Below are positions 39,507 through 52,280 of a DNA stretch of 64,000 nucleotides, one piece after another (positions within the stretch are counted from its first letter, which is position 1; each line of letters opens with the position of its first letter). The DNA comes from Octopus sinensis. Lineage: Eukaryota. Position numbers and translations under genes: made by a program. The stretch covers positions 15,872,001-15,936,000 of the forward strand of contig NC_042998.1 of assembly GCF_006345805.1 (NCBI RefSeq), in the 5' to 3' direction. Below the pieces are notes generated by a model that saw only the letters and a program-made list of their open reading frames with translations, ran no database searches and was not told where the DNA came from.

Positions 39507-39740
39507 GGCGGCGAGCTGGCAGAATCGCTAGCAAGTCTGGAGAAAGGCGTAGCCGTATTTTGTCTGCCGCTACGTTCTGAGTTCAAATTCCGCCGTGGTC
39601 AACAATGCATTTCATCCTTTCGGGGTCGATAAATTAAGTACCAGTTACACACTGGGGTCGATGTAATCGGCTTAATCCGTTTGTCTGTCCCTGTTTGTCC
39701 CCTTTGTGTTTAGCCCCTTGTGAGTAGAAAAGAAATAGGT
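39507..39740 (+). mobile_element. tRNA-derived SINE family A
   Basis: GGCGGCGAGCTGGCAGAATCG..GAGTTCAAATTCCGCC..TTTCATCCTTTCGGGGTCGATAAATTAAGTACCAG..AAAGAAATAGG. Confidence 0.85.
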
Positions 39741-40801
39741 ATGATTCAGGTAACATCGAATTTATAAAAGATATTGAGTGATGAAATCGTGAATACCTGA
39801 AAATTCTCTAATAAATCTTTTAGTTATACCACCTCGTTTCATCATGTTTCATAGAATTTTAAGCGGATTAAACATTGATTACTTTCTATCACTTATCTTT
39901 CGTCACCTTAGTATTTCTTCTGCAAACGTGCTATATTATAGGCTACATGGCATGCAACTATCAGCGTAAGCATCGTTGTTACTTGAAAGTGATATCCGTT
40001 TGTATATCTTACACATTATTAGCTATTGATGAGTCACAAAGTGCAATGGAAACGTCCGCATGCGTGCATAATTACAGAAGCATAATTACTCACATTCAAT
40101 GTTATATAATCTACATTTATCATTTCTAAACTAACTTATAAATTCGCACGTATCAAACACCCCCACATATATGCACGTGCACGCACGCACGCACGCACAC
40201 ATACACGGGGACATATATATTCAAATTTACATTGAAACTTACTCCAAATATATAGACATCTGATTTTATCTTGATGCCTACTTGTACCAACACATACATA
40301 CACACACAAACACACACATTCACACATGAATTAAAGTCATATTAAATCTTATACGTATATACTTGATCATAAATAGCAACACATATATATATATTGGATA
40401 TGGACGCGTTCAGTATGAGAGATAAGGTTAACAACCCGGTGCAAATATAATAAAGAATAACCTTGAATGTTTAATTAAAAATATAATGTATTATAAAAAT
40501 AAATGATATAAAAGACTGAAGGATATAAAAATGAAAATTATAATTAAGAAAGAAGCATTTTTTTCTCCATCTATTATACAAAATTGCTTGAATGATAAAT
40601 TGAATTTTAAAAGAAGGAATATTGGGATTTTGCGTGTTGACGGTGACAGGTTATGAATAAACAAGAACAGACAATGGGATTGTTATTTCAATAATAAATA
40701 TTTAAAAAATCACGAATAAAAGTTTTTCTGTATATAATCGATATTTTATATACGTACGCTTGTGTGTATCTGTGTTTATATGTGTGTATGTATATATATA
40801 T

Positions 40802-40849
<48 letters not shown>

Positions 40850-43155
40850 GATAAATATCAAAGTGAGTTATATACAGTAACGGTAACACATCGTGACGTA
40901 TTTTTGCCATTTCAATATGGCTACCCCTAAGGGTGGATGCTACTGTAGTTTTTAGCCCCAGGAGGACACACTCCTCCAGCGGCCATAGACAAACTATCTG
41001 TGTCCTGTCAGTATTTTCAAAGGGAAGTCATCCTTCCCGTCTTCAACTTATGATACACACGGACTCGAGTTTCGAGGTATTGACTCTCGTCAGCGTGTGA
41101 CAATCATAGTTGTCGCCGAGAATTAGATTTCCTTCACAAATACTTATACTTTTTCCAGCGCCCACTGTCGCTGATATTGAAAAAGTGAAATCAAACAATA
41201 ATAAATATCAAAGTGAATTATATACAGTAGCGGTAAACATCGTGACGTATTTTTGCCATTTCAATATGGCTAACCCCTAAGGGTGGATGCTACTGTAGTT
41301 TTTAGCCCCAGGAGGACACACTCCTCCAGCTGGCAATAGACACACTATCTGTGTCCTGTCAGTATTTGCAAAGGAAGTCATCCTTCCCGTCTTCAACTTA
41401 TGATACACACGGACTCGTGTGTCGAGGTATTGGTATTGACCTCTCGTCAGCGTGTGACAATCATAGTTGTCGCCGAGAATTAGATTCCTTCACAAATACT
41501 TATACTTTTTCAGCGCCCACTGTCGCTGATATTGAAAAAGTGAAATCAAACAATAATAAATATCAAAGTGAATTATATACAGTAGCGGTAACACATCGTG
41601 ACGTATTTTTGCCATTTCATATGGCTAACCCCTAAGGGTGGATGCTACTGTAGTTTTTAGCCCCAGGAGGACACACTCCTCCAGCTGGCAATAGACACAC
41701 TATCTGTGTCCTGTCAGTATTTGCAAAGGGAAGTCATCCTTCCCGTCTTCAACTTATGATACACACGGACTCGTGTGTCGAGGTATTGACCTCTCGTCAG
41801 CGTGTGACAATCATAGTTGTCGCCGAGAATTAGATTTCCTTCACAAATACTTATACTTTTTCCAGCGCCCACTGTCGCTGATATTGAAAAAGTGAAATCA
41901 AACAATGATAAATATCAAAGTGAGTTATATACAGTAGCGGTAACACATCGTGGCGTATTTTTGCCATTTCAATATGGCTAACCCCTAAGGGTGGATGCTA
42001 CTGTAGTTTTTAGCCCCAGGAGGACACACTCCTCCAGCTGGCCATAGACACACTATCTGTGTCCTGTCAGTATTTGCAAAGGGAAGTCATCCTTCCCGTC
42101 TTCAACTTATGAGACACACGACTCGAGTTTCGAGGTATTGACTCTCGTCAGCGTGTGACAATCATAGTTGTCGCCGAGAATTAGATTTCCTTCACAAATA
42201 CTTATACTTTTTCCAGCGCCCACTGTCGCTGATATTGAAAAAGTGAAATCAAACAATGATAAATATCAAAGTGAGTTATATACAGTAACGGTAACACATC
42301 GTGACGTATTTTTGCCATTTCAATTGGCTAACCCTAGGGTGGATGCTACTGTAGTTTTTAGCCCCAGGAGGACACACTCCTCCAGCTGGCCATAGACACA
42401 CTATCTGTGTCCTGTCAGTATTTGCAAAGGGAAGTCATCCTTCCCGTCTTCAACTTATGATACACACGGACTCGAGTTTCGAGGTATTGACCTCTCGTCA
42501 GCGTGTGACATCATAGTTGTCGCCGAGAATTAGATTTCCTTCACAAATACTTATACTTTTTCCAGCGCCCACTGTCGCTGATATTGAAAAAGTGAAATCA
42601 AAGAATGATAAATATCAAAGTGAGTTATATACAGTAGCGGTAACACATCGTGACGTATTTTTGCCATTTCAATATGGCTAACCCCTAAGGGTGGATGCTA
42701 CTGTAGTTTTTAGCCCCAGGAGGACACACTCCTCCAGCTGGCCATAGACACACTATCTGTGTCCTGTCAGTATTTGCAAAGGGAAGTCATCCTTCCCGTC
42801 TTCAACTTATGGTACACACGGACTCGAGTTTCGAGGTATTGACCTCTCGTCAGCGTGTGACAATCATAGTTGTCGCCGAGAATTAGATTTCCTTCACAAA
42901 TACTTATACTTTTTCCAGCGCCCACTGTCGCTGATATTGAAAAAGTGAAATCAAACAATGATAAATATCAAAGTGAGTTATATACAGTAGCGGTAACACA
43001 TCGTGACGTATTTTTGCCATTTCAATATGGCTAACCCCTAAGGGTGGATGCTACTGTAGTTTTTAGCCCCAGGAGTACACACTCCTCCAGCTGGCCATAG
43101 ACACACTATCTGTGTCCTGTCAGTATTTGCAAAGGGAAGTCATCCTTCCCGTCTT

Positions 43156-43225
43156 CAACTTATGATACACACGGACTCGAGTTTCGAGGTATTGACCTCT
43201 CGTCAGCGTGTGACAATCATAGTTG
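43156..43225 (-). ncRNA. Type I hammerhead ribozyme, left-arm copy (others at 41044, 41394, 41750, 42103, 42451, 42803, some mutated)
   Basis: Reverse complement of 43411-43480. Confidence 0.88.
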
Positions 43226-43410
43226 TCGCCGAGAATTAGATTTCCTTCACAAATACTTCACGATGGCAAAAATACGTCACGATGTGTTACCGCTACTGTA
43301 TATAACTCACTTTGATATTTATCATTGTTTGATTTCACTTTTTCAATATCAGCGACAGTGGGCGCTGGAAAAAGTATAAGTATTTGTGAAGGAAATCTAA
43401 TTCTCGGCGA

Positions 43411-43480
43411 CAACTATGATTGTCACACGCTGACGAGAGGTCAATACCTCGAAACTCGAGTCCGTGTGTATCATAAGTTG
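43411..43480 (+). ncRNA. Type I hammerhead ribozyme with palindromic helix III
   Basis: Helix I CACACG/CGUGUG, extended past a UGU/U internal loop by UAUGAU/AUCAUA and CAAC/GUUG; CUGACGA; helix II GAGGU-CAAU-ACCUC; GAAA; ACUCGAGU palindrome; GUC triplet with predicted cleavage at 43462/43463. Confidence 0.9.
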
Positions 43481-43678
43481 AAGACAGGAAGGATGACTTC
43501 CCTTTGCAAATACTGACAGGACACAGATAGTGTGTCTATGGCCAGCTGGAGGAGTGTGTCCTCCTGGGGCTAAAAACTACAGTAGCATCCACCTTAGGGG
43601 TTAGCCATATTGAAATGGCAAAAATACGTCACTATATATATATATATATACGTATATCTATTCTATATACACACACAA

Positions 43679-43765
<87 letters not shown>

Positions 43766-44376
43766 ATACATACTCACAGATTTATTTATATTACTACGTA
43801 CTTATCTGTCTGTCTATCACTCAGTCTGCCTATTTCTCCCTGTATAAGATGTACATAAAATCAATGGTAAAAAAGATAACACGGGATAGAAAATCTTGAC
43901 AAATATAGTATTCTCTTAGTATTTAAATGGAAAAAGGAATGAGCCTCACCGTTCAAGACGCCAGTAAGTCTGAAGAAATTAGATTGAGCCATACAGGGAT
44001 AGAGATACTGAAATTTGAGAGAAGAGAATGTGAGGCAAATAAAGCAGATATATCGTTAGATAGCAGATAGAGACTTTAATTCTAAGGGAAATTTAAGGAA
44101 AGAGAGAGAGAAAGAGGAGGTGATCTTTTATGTGTTAATATGTATCTCTGTCCGGAATCGAGCTTAAGAGAGAGTGGTGCATGGCAGATGAATGCCTGCA
44201 GGTAAAATGGGCAAATGCGGTAGTACGATGATCTAGTTTAGTAGGGGCTGTGTAGTTTGCTGAATAATTGAAATCATTAAGAACTTCATAAGAAGGTCTG
44301 CGGTTTGTGTGCGAGGATGTTAAACACGGTGCGGCAAATCAGAATGCAACCCGAATGAATGTATGGGTTGAGATAG

Positions 44377-44429
<53 letters not shown>

Positions 44430-47400
44430 TGGGTGAACGCTAATTGCTCTTTCTTTCCATTTATAATTGAGAGACAAACTGTCTGTGAAATCCAGGTCAA
44501 ACACACACCACAAGAGAATTTATGTGAACGTAATGGCTAATTGATTTCTTGCTCGATACTACATTTTTCACCGATATGCATTGCTTAATAGCGTATGTTC
44601 TCGCAATATAAGTCGATACATAATACATTATACACGTAAAGTTAACTTTTTACAGTTTCTACTAAATTCTATTCAAACTGCACTGGTGAGCCTAAGGCTA
44701 TGGTAGAAATTGCTTGTTCATTGTACTGTACAGTGGAATCACAACTACAAGCATTTGGTATCTGCACATCCATAAACTTAGCCTATTAGTAAACGTTAAG
44801 TCGTGCAATTATTTTAAAACCAAAGTTTAGGATGAGTTTAATTTATCGTAATTTTCTAATATACCACTTAAAGAATGATAAACGTTTCCACTGTAGCATA
44901 ACGGTGGAGAGGGTCTAGGAGAAGAATAAGGTGAGTGGTTGTGATGGTGGTGTTGGTGGCGAAAATACTCGTAATCTAATATGGAGCGCTTACATGAGAT
45001 TCCAACCATAAACCATTCAATGTTCAGGACGTCTACCGCCTATATAATAAAATTTGAATGTACACATGGGGAAGAACAATCCAGAACAGAATCTAGCCAC
45101 ACTCGGATGAATACATTTTAACGTACGCTAAAATAAGTAACTCTGAATGTGTAATGCTGGCGACAGCGTTGGCTCTGTGGATGTTTCACTACTACCGTGT
45201 CTACCGACGTTATTTCTAAACATGATTGAAAGCAGAGGCGTCGGAGAAGACTTCCAGCTAGATCGTCTCAAGAAAATTCCTATACGATTTGAATGCACAG
45301 CAAGTCTCAAATATCGAAGTGGCTGAAAACTTTCAGCATAAGGGCACCCAATAGTTATAATCTGGATGGAAACCGTCCCTGTTACAGCGTAAGAAATTAA
45401 GATTCAAAACACTTGCCTGAGAAGTTTCTTTTATGAAGATCTGTCGTTCAGCTCCCGAGAGCTTAATATCCCTAAAGAAGAGATGCAAAGACTATGTTTT
45501 TTTATCCTTTTTCATAATTGTAACTTGTACATCTGCCGTGGCTTGTTAAACATTTTCTTTTTATATAGATGTGTAAGTACCCGTTGCGTTGAGTATCTGT
45601 ATGTCCGACCACGTGTATAAGGCTATGATTTTGCGCGTGTCTAAAACAATGATTTCTGTATTGGCCACTGGTTGTGTTCATGTAGTATATACAAAATCAA
45701 AACTAACTTTTAATCAGCGGCGGTTGATTCGTTAAGACAACTACTGGCTGTAATAATGGCAAGCAGAAAACGCAGACGCCGACACTATTCAACAAAGACT
45801 TGAGAGAAATTAAGCTCGCCGTGTTATCTCAGCGTGACTAATTCAGTGTATAAAATATTGTATGTTTCTTTCCTATAGGTATAATTTACTGAAAAGAGAG
45901 AAATAAAGAAAGAAATAAGAGGATTATTGAACAAGAATATCGTTTTATCTTGATTTCAGATGCAATCCTTAGAAATGCACATCGGAAGAGAAAGAGCCAA
46001 GAAACTGACACTGCACAGCAGTAACAGAACGAACAAATATAAACAATTCAAATTTTGTCTGCGGCAAATAAAGTCTTGCGTATAGTTTTACAATCTTATG
46101 CCACCAGTATGACGACCGTCTTCACTTACCTACCATCAATTTAATGATATCGACAATTAGTTCGTTTCACTTACAGACAGGGGAAGAACAGTTCAATAAA
46201 CAACTCCACGGATTTATTATGACATTGTAATAAAGTAACAGAGAGTGCCATTTGAGTACTGGTCAGTTACATTTACTTGCCAAATTTTAGATTTCACGTG
46301 ATTGACTATCACTGACAGAAATGTCTGCATCACTCGTAACCTAATAAAGGCGAAGTAATTTCATTTATGAGCAATAAATGAACGAATGAATAAATAAATA
46401 AAATAAATCAAATAGTAAAAGAAATAGGAAAAGAAAATACCAAAAAAAAAAATATTGATTTCTTTCATTTGCCACAGGGGCATAATAAGACATAAATAAC
46501 GTAAAGAAATAAATCTGTAGAAGAAGGAAATGTCCATTGCAACTTGATAACCAAGAAGCAGTCATGAAAAGCTCGCAGCCAGTCTTGATTAAATTGATTG
46601 TTAGATAATAAAGCGTATTATTTGAATGTAAGAGTAAAGTGGCGTTTCGGGGATTTCTTAACTGTCAAATAAAATATGAAGAAAGTTAAAAGTACAACAC
46701 AATATCATCAAATAAAATTTAGTGTCTAGTAAAATGTAATTATATTTCAGAAATATGGAAATGTTGGAGTTAAACAACAAAACTTCGAATGCTGAATAAG
46801 AAATCATAATAGTTCAATGAATTTTCTACTTTTTTCTTCCTTGTCACTTCTCGAGACTCGCCGCTTTTATACTTGAACTTGTTAGACGTTCAGTTTGCTT
46901 TCAACCAATCCTTTCAGTGCATATTATGTCGAGTACTATTTTATATTCCTATCACATATACTGTGATCAAATTTCCCGTTTAACAGAGGCAGTTCTGTCA
47001 TCTAAAGACGTATGATGGTCTTCATAAAACAAACTAACTTGAATCTGTGTGTATCTATGTCTACGCCGTCGAACTAACATATCCTGCTTGTAAGGGGATA
47101 GGGAATATTTTGGTGATTATATTGGGTTGTAGATTCGAACAGGTACATCGATTACATAGCCGCTACTTTGTAGTTTCTCACATTCAGACACACTTCAGAT
47201 CTATAGCTAAGTAGATCTCTTGCAGTTTGAAAAATACAGTACTTTTACATAGCCACGTCTGCTTACATCGGCTGGCTATGCCTCGAGTGCTATAATTGCC
47301 AATACAGAGGTAAACATAACAATTTCAATGTTTGGGATACTCCAAACCGGTTTCTATTGCATAACATAACAACAAATTAAAGTTTTCTCCTACATGGCTC

Positions 47401-47918
47401 GGTTAGGCTCGGTTGTATGAATTTCTAGCCATCCACATCAAGTGTGGGAATAAATATTCACTCTTAGCAAATAAGCATCGAGAAATTACAATAATCATCA
47501 TCAGCGACAAATTTTTTCCGAGTTAACAAATGCTTCATCCAAAGTTGGAAAAAGGATTAAAATGTATACATTGAATGAAAAGTTAAAATATTAGTTTTAA
47601 AGTTAGGCTTAAACAGATTAAATAAATAATTAGATTCTCCAACGTATATATTTCACTCTAATTTTACAGCAACGTACGTGGACGTTTGGACATTTTGTCA
47701 AGGAAACTATTAAATTTACCGTTTGCATGTGCAATGCATTACATTCTATATTAGATCTTGATGTTCTCATCAAGAATACATTTTAGACGGCGTTTCTCTT
47801 ATTTGGTCATACACTTTTCACTATGTGAAGCCCATTCGGAAATATTTGCTGTTTCTCTTTATCCAGCTTAATTACCCACAAACGCACACACGCACAGACA
47901 GAAAAAACAAACAATTAA

Positions 47919-48004
<86 letters not shown>

Positions 48005-48019
48005 ATAATATAAAATAAT

Positions 48020-48572
48020 AATAATAATTGTGTACAGTGCTCAGGTGCACTACAACTCATCTAAAGTGTATATATAAATATAATCAGGCGTAGTTCCGGC
48101 GGATTTCGGAAAGCATGAGGGCCTTAAAGGATGCAGTGTCATGGCAGTCAACAACTGACGCAGGCAGTTTTTTCCATGCTTCAGCAACTCTCAGCGTGAA
48201 AAAATGTTTCCGAAAGTCATGGGAGCTGTGTTGTTTTCTGACTTTGTAGGCATGTCCACGTCTGTTAGGCACATGGAGATCAAAAAGGTGTTCAGTGTTG
48301 TTGTTGGTGAGGTGGTTGATAACTTTGTGGGTGCTTACCAAGTCCGTCGCCAGACGCCGGAGCTTCAGTGAATCCATGCCAAGGGAAACAAGGCGCTCAG
48401 AATATGGTAGGTGTCTGATGGAGGGTATGCGTTTGGTTGCACGTCTCTGGACAGATTCCAGGAGGTCAATGTTCTGAGCAAGATAGGGGTTACAAACTGA
48501 TGATGCGAATTCCAAGTGTGGTCGAACCATAGCTGTATACAGTTTTAAATAGATGACTGGAGAGCGGCTAAT
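48020..48572 (-). mobile_element. CR1/L2-clade LINE 3' end with an (ATT)n tail
   Basis: LYTAMVRPHLEFASSVCNPY..LLESVQRRATK..YSERL..LRRLATDL..FFTLRVAEAWKKLP, then a short UTR and TTA repeats. Confidence 0.9.
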
Positions 48573-48769
48573 ATATAGATACTACGTGTGCGTACATACG
48601 TTCATAGTTACATACATACATACATAGAAATATGAATCAAATACCTGATGCACAATAATGATGGAGACGCAGGTAAAGCAGTCACATATGGCAACCGATC
48701 AGACATGGTGTTGTACCTAGGACACCCTATCCGTTGGAAGGATAAAGGAATAAGGACCCGCAATATGGT

Positions 48770-48896
48770 AGAAGCACTAGCCACTTATAATAATGAATAC
48801 AGGTGGAATGTCCCAGTGAAGACCTCAATAAAATGTAACCACAAGAGACCTGATATAATTATTTGGGATAGTGAAGAAGAACTGTGTACAAAATGA
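48770..48896 (+). mobile_element. REL-endonuclease LINE fragment
   Basis: EYRWNVPVKTSIKCNHKRPDIIIWDSEEELC matches the W..P..T....RPDI motif seen in the Dong copies. Confidence 0.55.
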
Positions 48897-50819
48897 ACAA
48901 TTAAATTACACCATTTTATTTATATATATATATATTATATTCTCTGAAATTTGATTTAGTATTTCTAAATTGAATTTTCTTTCTTTGTAAGCTTGGATTT
49001 TATTCCCTCAAATAATAATTATACATAAATATATATATATATGGGAATGTCTAGATATGCAACTATATGGATGAGAATAATTAGTTAAAGTAAACATACA
49101 GATCTGCACATATACATACATCCATAAAAACAAACAAAACTACCTTGTAGTTGACGTTTAAATTCCAATGAAGGAACAATGGATCTAGGTTAGAGTCTGT
49201 CTCTTTCTCTATTGGCAAGAAAACTTGAAATAAAATGGTACAATGACATACATACATGCATACATGCATACTTACATTCATGTGTTTGTCTGTCTGTGTG
49301 TGCGTGTTTGTGCGTGTGTGCTAAAATTAAAGTTTAGTCTTAAAATTAAAATTCAAACTGCGTTTACTGTATGTCTCTAGCAGTTTGCCTTCAAAGCCGG
49401 TTCACTGTCTATAGCTACCTGGCGACATCCACGGTAATTGTGCAACTGTCGCTGGATCTACGGTAAGATCTCAGGGCAAACTGAGTTTAGTTACAAACAA
49501 TGGCTACAGAAGACAGAGGATACTAGAAATTTTATTTATCATAACAATCGTTTCGAGAAATCCTGCACCGCTCCTGCGTGGGCAGGAAAATATACAATGG
49601 ATTACAGTGCAGCACACAGAACAGAGAAATGTCCTCAGATGATCCAATTTAATTTCCCGTTTCGGAAGTAATGTTTCTCTCTTAAATTTAACTACAGCAT
49701 ATTGATAGGAGCTCTATCCGAAGTAAGTATTCTATATGTGTTATAGATACGAATAGCATTCTAAAAGGTATTATGCCATGCCGTGGGACTCACTTCAAAA
49801 CCACGTGGCTTTCAAAGCAATCTTTTTAAACATAGAGTCACGCTTATTCGTATATATTAATCTCTCTCTCTCTCTCTCTCTCCATTTATATATATATATA
49901 TATATATACATATATATTATATAGAATATAATTACAATTGCGAACACTGAAGTCACTGTGCATATATGCTATGTCAAAATGCCAAATACGTCCAACAACT
50001 ACAAGATTCACTTCAATATACACAGGTGGAAAGCGGAAAAAGTGGACAAACTAAAATTTCATTAAATAATTCGGATAAACCTAGACTGATCAATTTCTGC
50101 CAAAAGTATAATTGTTTTCCTTCATCACTAGAAAACAACGAACGTAATAAATGGAAATATGTATACATACCCATACAAATGCACACGCATAATTACGAGT
50201 ACATATAAATATCCACAAATCGAATTTCGTAGTTCAACGCAACACGTGTGTATTTAGTCAGAATAGTCCAGGAGTAAATATACTGTCCCGAAGTGAATAA
50301 AATACATCTACACATAAGAATGATAAAATCATTCAAAATTAATGAATTTTAACAGTGGCCTGAGAACAAAAAAAACTTTTAGATAAAATTCATATATAAA
50401 TATATACAGCATATAATTATAATTATGGGTACAGATATATAATTATACAGAATATAAAGGGTACAGAAATTCAATTGGTATATATTTGTGTACTCGTATT
50501 CATGCGTGTTTATTTGTTTGGGTATGTATACGTATTTATTGCGCTCGTTACATTATACTGATGAGGAAGAATTATTATACTCATCCACAAATTAGTCAGG
50601 CTAGGATTATCCAAATTATTTTATGAAACTTTGGTTTGTCCACTTTTCTCGCATTCAACCTAGCATATAGGCAGATTGGTTTCTGTGGCCTGAATGATAA
50701 TTATATTCTCTATAATTATATATCCATTATTTTACCTAAAAGCTTTTTTTATATGCTAGCCATTGAAAAATACATTATTTTTTAATGATTTTATACACAC
50801 ACACACAAATATACACACA

Positions 50820-50850
<31 letters not shown>

Positions 50851-51157
50851 ACACTCAAAGATTTATATAATTTATAAAGATATACAATCATATATATATA
50901 TATACATATATGTGTGTGTGTGTGTGCATGTAGGACTCTTCTGTACCAAGATTTCGAAATTATTTATATGAATTCGTGTGTTGAAACAATTCTTTTCTGC
51001 GTCTAGGGAGAGTCATTATGCTTATATAATGAACACATACGTTGGTTCACCTGCTCTACTTTTCTTTATTATTAGTCAATTTGTTAAAATTTCAACTAAT
51101 TTGTTCTGTTTTTGTTTGTCAAATCTCTTTCACTGGTGCATGCAACATTTTTAATAA

Positions 51158-51192
<35 letters not shown>

Positions 51193-51317
51193 TGCGGTTT
51201 TTGTGTGTGTGTGCGTGTGTGTGTGTGTGTGTGAGTGCGTGTGTGTGTGCGTGCGTGTGTATGTGTGCGTGTGTGTTTGTGAGTGTCTGCCTATGTGTGT
51301 TCGTACGCCTAAGTAGA

Positions 51318-51724
51318 TACGAGGGTGTACTTCAAAAAATAATTTTGCAATATTATTTAATTCGCTTACTTTTTTCGTGTATACAGTTTTATCGCATTCA
51401 ATGTCAAACGTTGCTATTTTTATTAAATTGCTTAAGGGTCTCGTTGATCTAGCAGGATGTCACACCGATATATGTGTATCTTACGAAAAATATTTTCAGA
51501 CAAAATTTTGCTCGCTTATTTTTTACAGTTCATACCCTGGCATTTGTAGACAATGGGACATGTTGCTAAAGGAACACACTCTTTTTTTACACCGGTTATG
51601 CGCTAATTGTGTGCCGGAAAATTCGGAGCTGTACCTCATTGCTAATATGTCGTGCAGTACAGCTCGGCCAGTCCCAAATGCTTTCCTGAGAATACTTATG
51701 CATGTGTTGAATGTAAAGAAGAAA
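51318..51724. mobile_element. Probable old mariner-type end abutting the younger element at 51727
   Basis: Starts TA-CGAGGGTGTACTTCAAAAA, a mariner-type terminus; the interior could not be interpreted convincingly. Confidence 0.3.
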
Positions 51725-51726
51725 TA

Positions 51727-52280
51727 TTGGGTTGTCCGGAAAGTTCGTGCCGATTTTTAAAGGAAAGAAAATGGTCAATAAATCCTTGCCATTAAATTTT
51801 AATCAACCAAATATGAATCATTTTGTTGCACAATGCGTCTCCATCTTTCCTTTAACTTGAAAATACCCTCTTCCCAGAATTGAGCTGGTTTCATGGAAAA
51901 TAACTCATCAAGGTATCTTTTTACGTCATCCAAGGAATTGAGATTTTCACCATTAAGACTATTCTATAGAGATCTGAATAAGTGGAAATCCGAAGGAGCA
52001 AATATGGAGAGTGGGATAACGCATCCCAGCCGAGCTGCAGCAATATTTGTCTGGCTCCCACAACATCAAGTGCCAAAAATGAACTTTCTTATCTTCCATT
52101 TTAAAGGGTTACAGAATTAATACATGTTATAGGAACATAAACCTCCTTCCACGAAAACATAGCTTAAACTGTGCTCTAAATGGAGTTGTAGTCAAACCTA
52201 TTTTATTGATTCAACCATGTTCTAAAGTAAGTCGAAATATAAGCTATTATAAATCGGCGCGAACTTTCTGGACAACCCAA
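51727..52280 (-). mobile_element. Mariner deletion derivative (554 bp) with intact TIRs
   Basis: TIRs TTGGGTTGTCCGGAAAGTTCGTGCCGATTT and AAATCGGCGCGAACTTTCTGGACAACCCAA, with TA on both sides. The minus strand encodes FAPSDFHLFRSL..LNSLDDVKRYLDELFSMKPAQFWEEGIFKLKERWRRIVQQND. Confidence 0.92.

Larger units (their letters stand above)
40847..43632. repeat. Inverted tandem array of a ~351-bp unit (left arm ~6.9 units 40847-43258, right arm ~1.06 units 43259-43632) inside (TA)n
   Basis: Unit starts at 40847, 41197, 41552, 41904, 42255, 42604 and 42957; orientation flips near 43258; TA tracts on both sides; units carry distinguishing variants. Confidence 0.97.

Noticed and set aside
40026-40056. 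TTGATGA...GAAACGTC as a hammerhead
   Set aside because: Core-like ends, but helix II is poor and helix I does not pair.
41351-43516. 63-94-aa ORFs in the 351-bp array
   Set aside because: Not conserved between units because of indels; no domain similarity.
34023-43632. Inverted arrays as pure assembly or read fold-back artefacts
   Set aside because: Flanks are not mirrored, one array sits between the two halves of one SINE, and units carry distinct variants. Exact copy numbers may still be imperfect.
50558-50586. CTGATGAG...CTCATC as a hammerhead
   Set aside because: No downstream GAAA in register; a simple hairpin.
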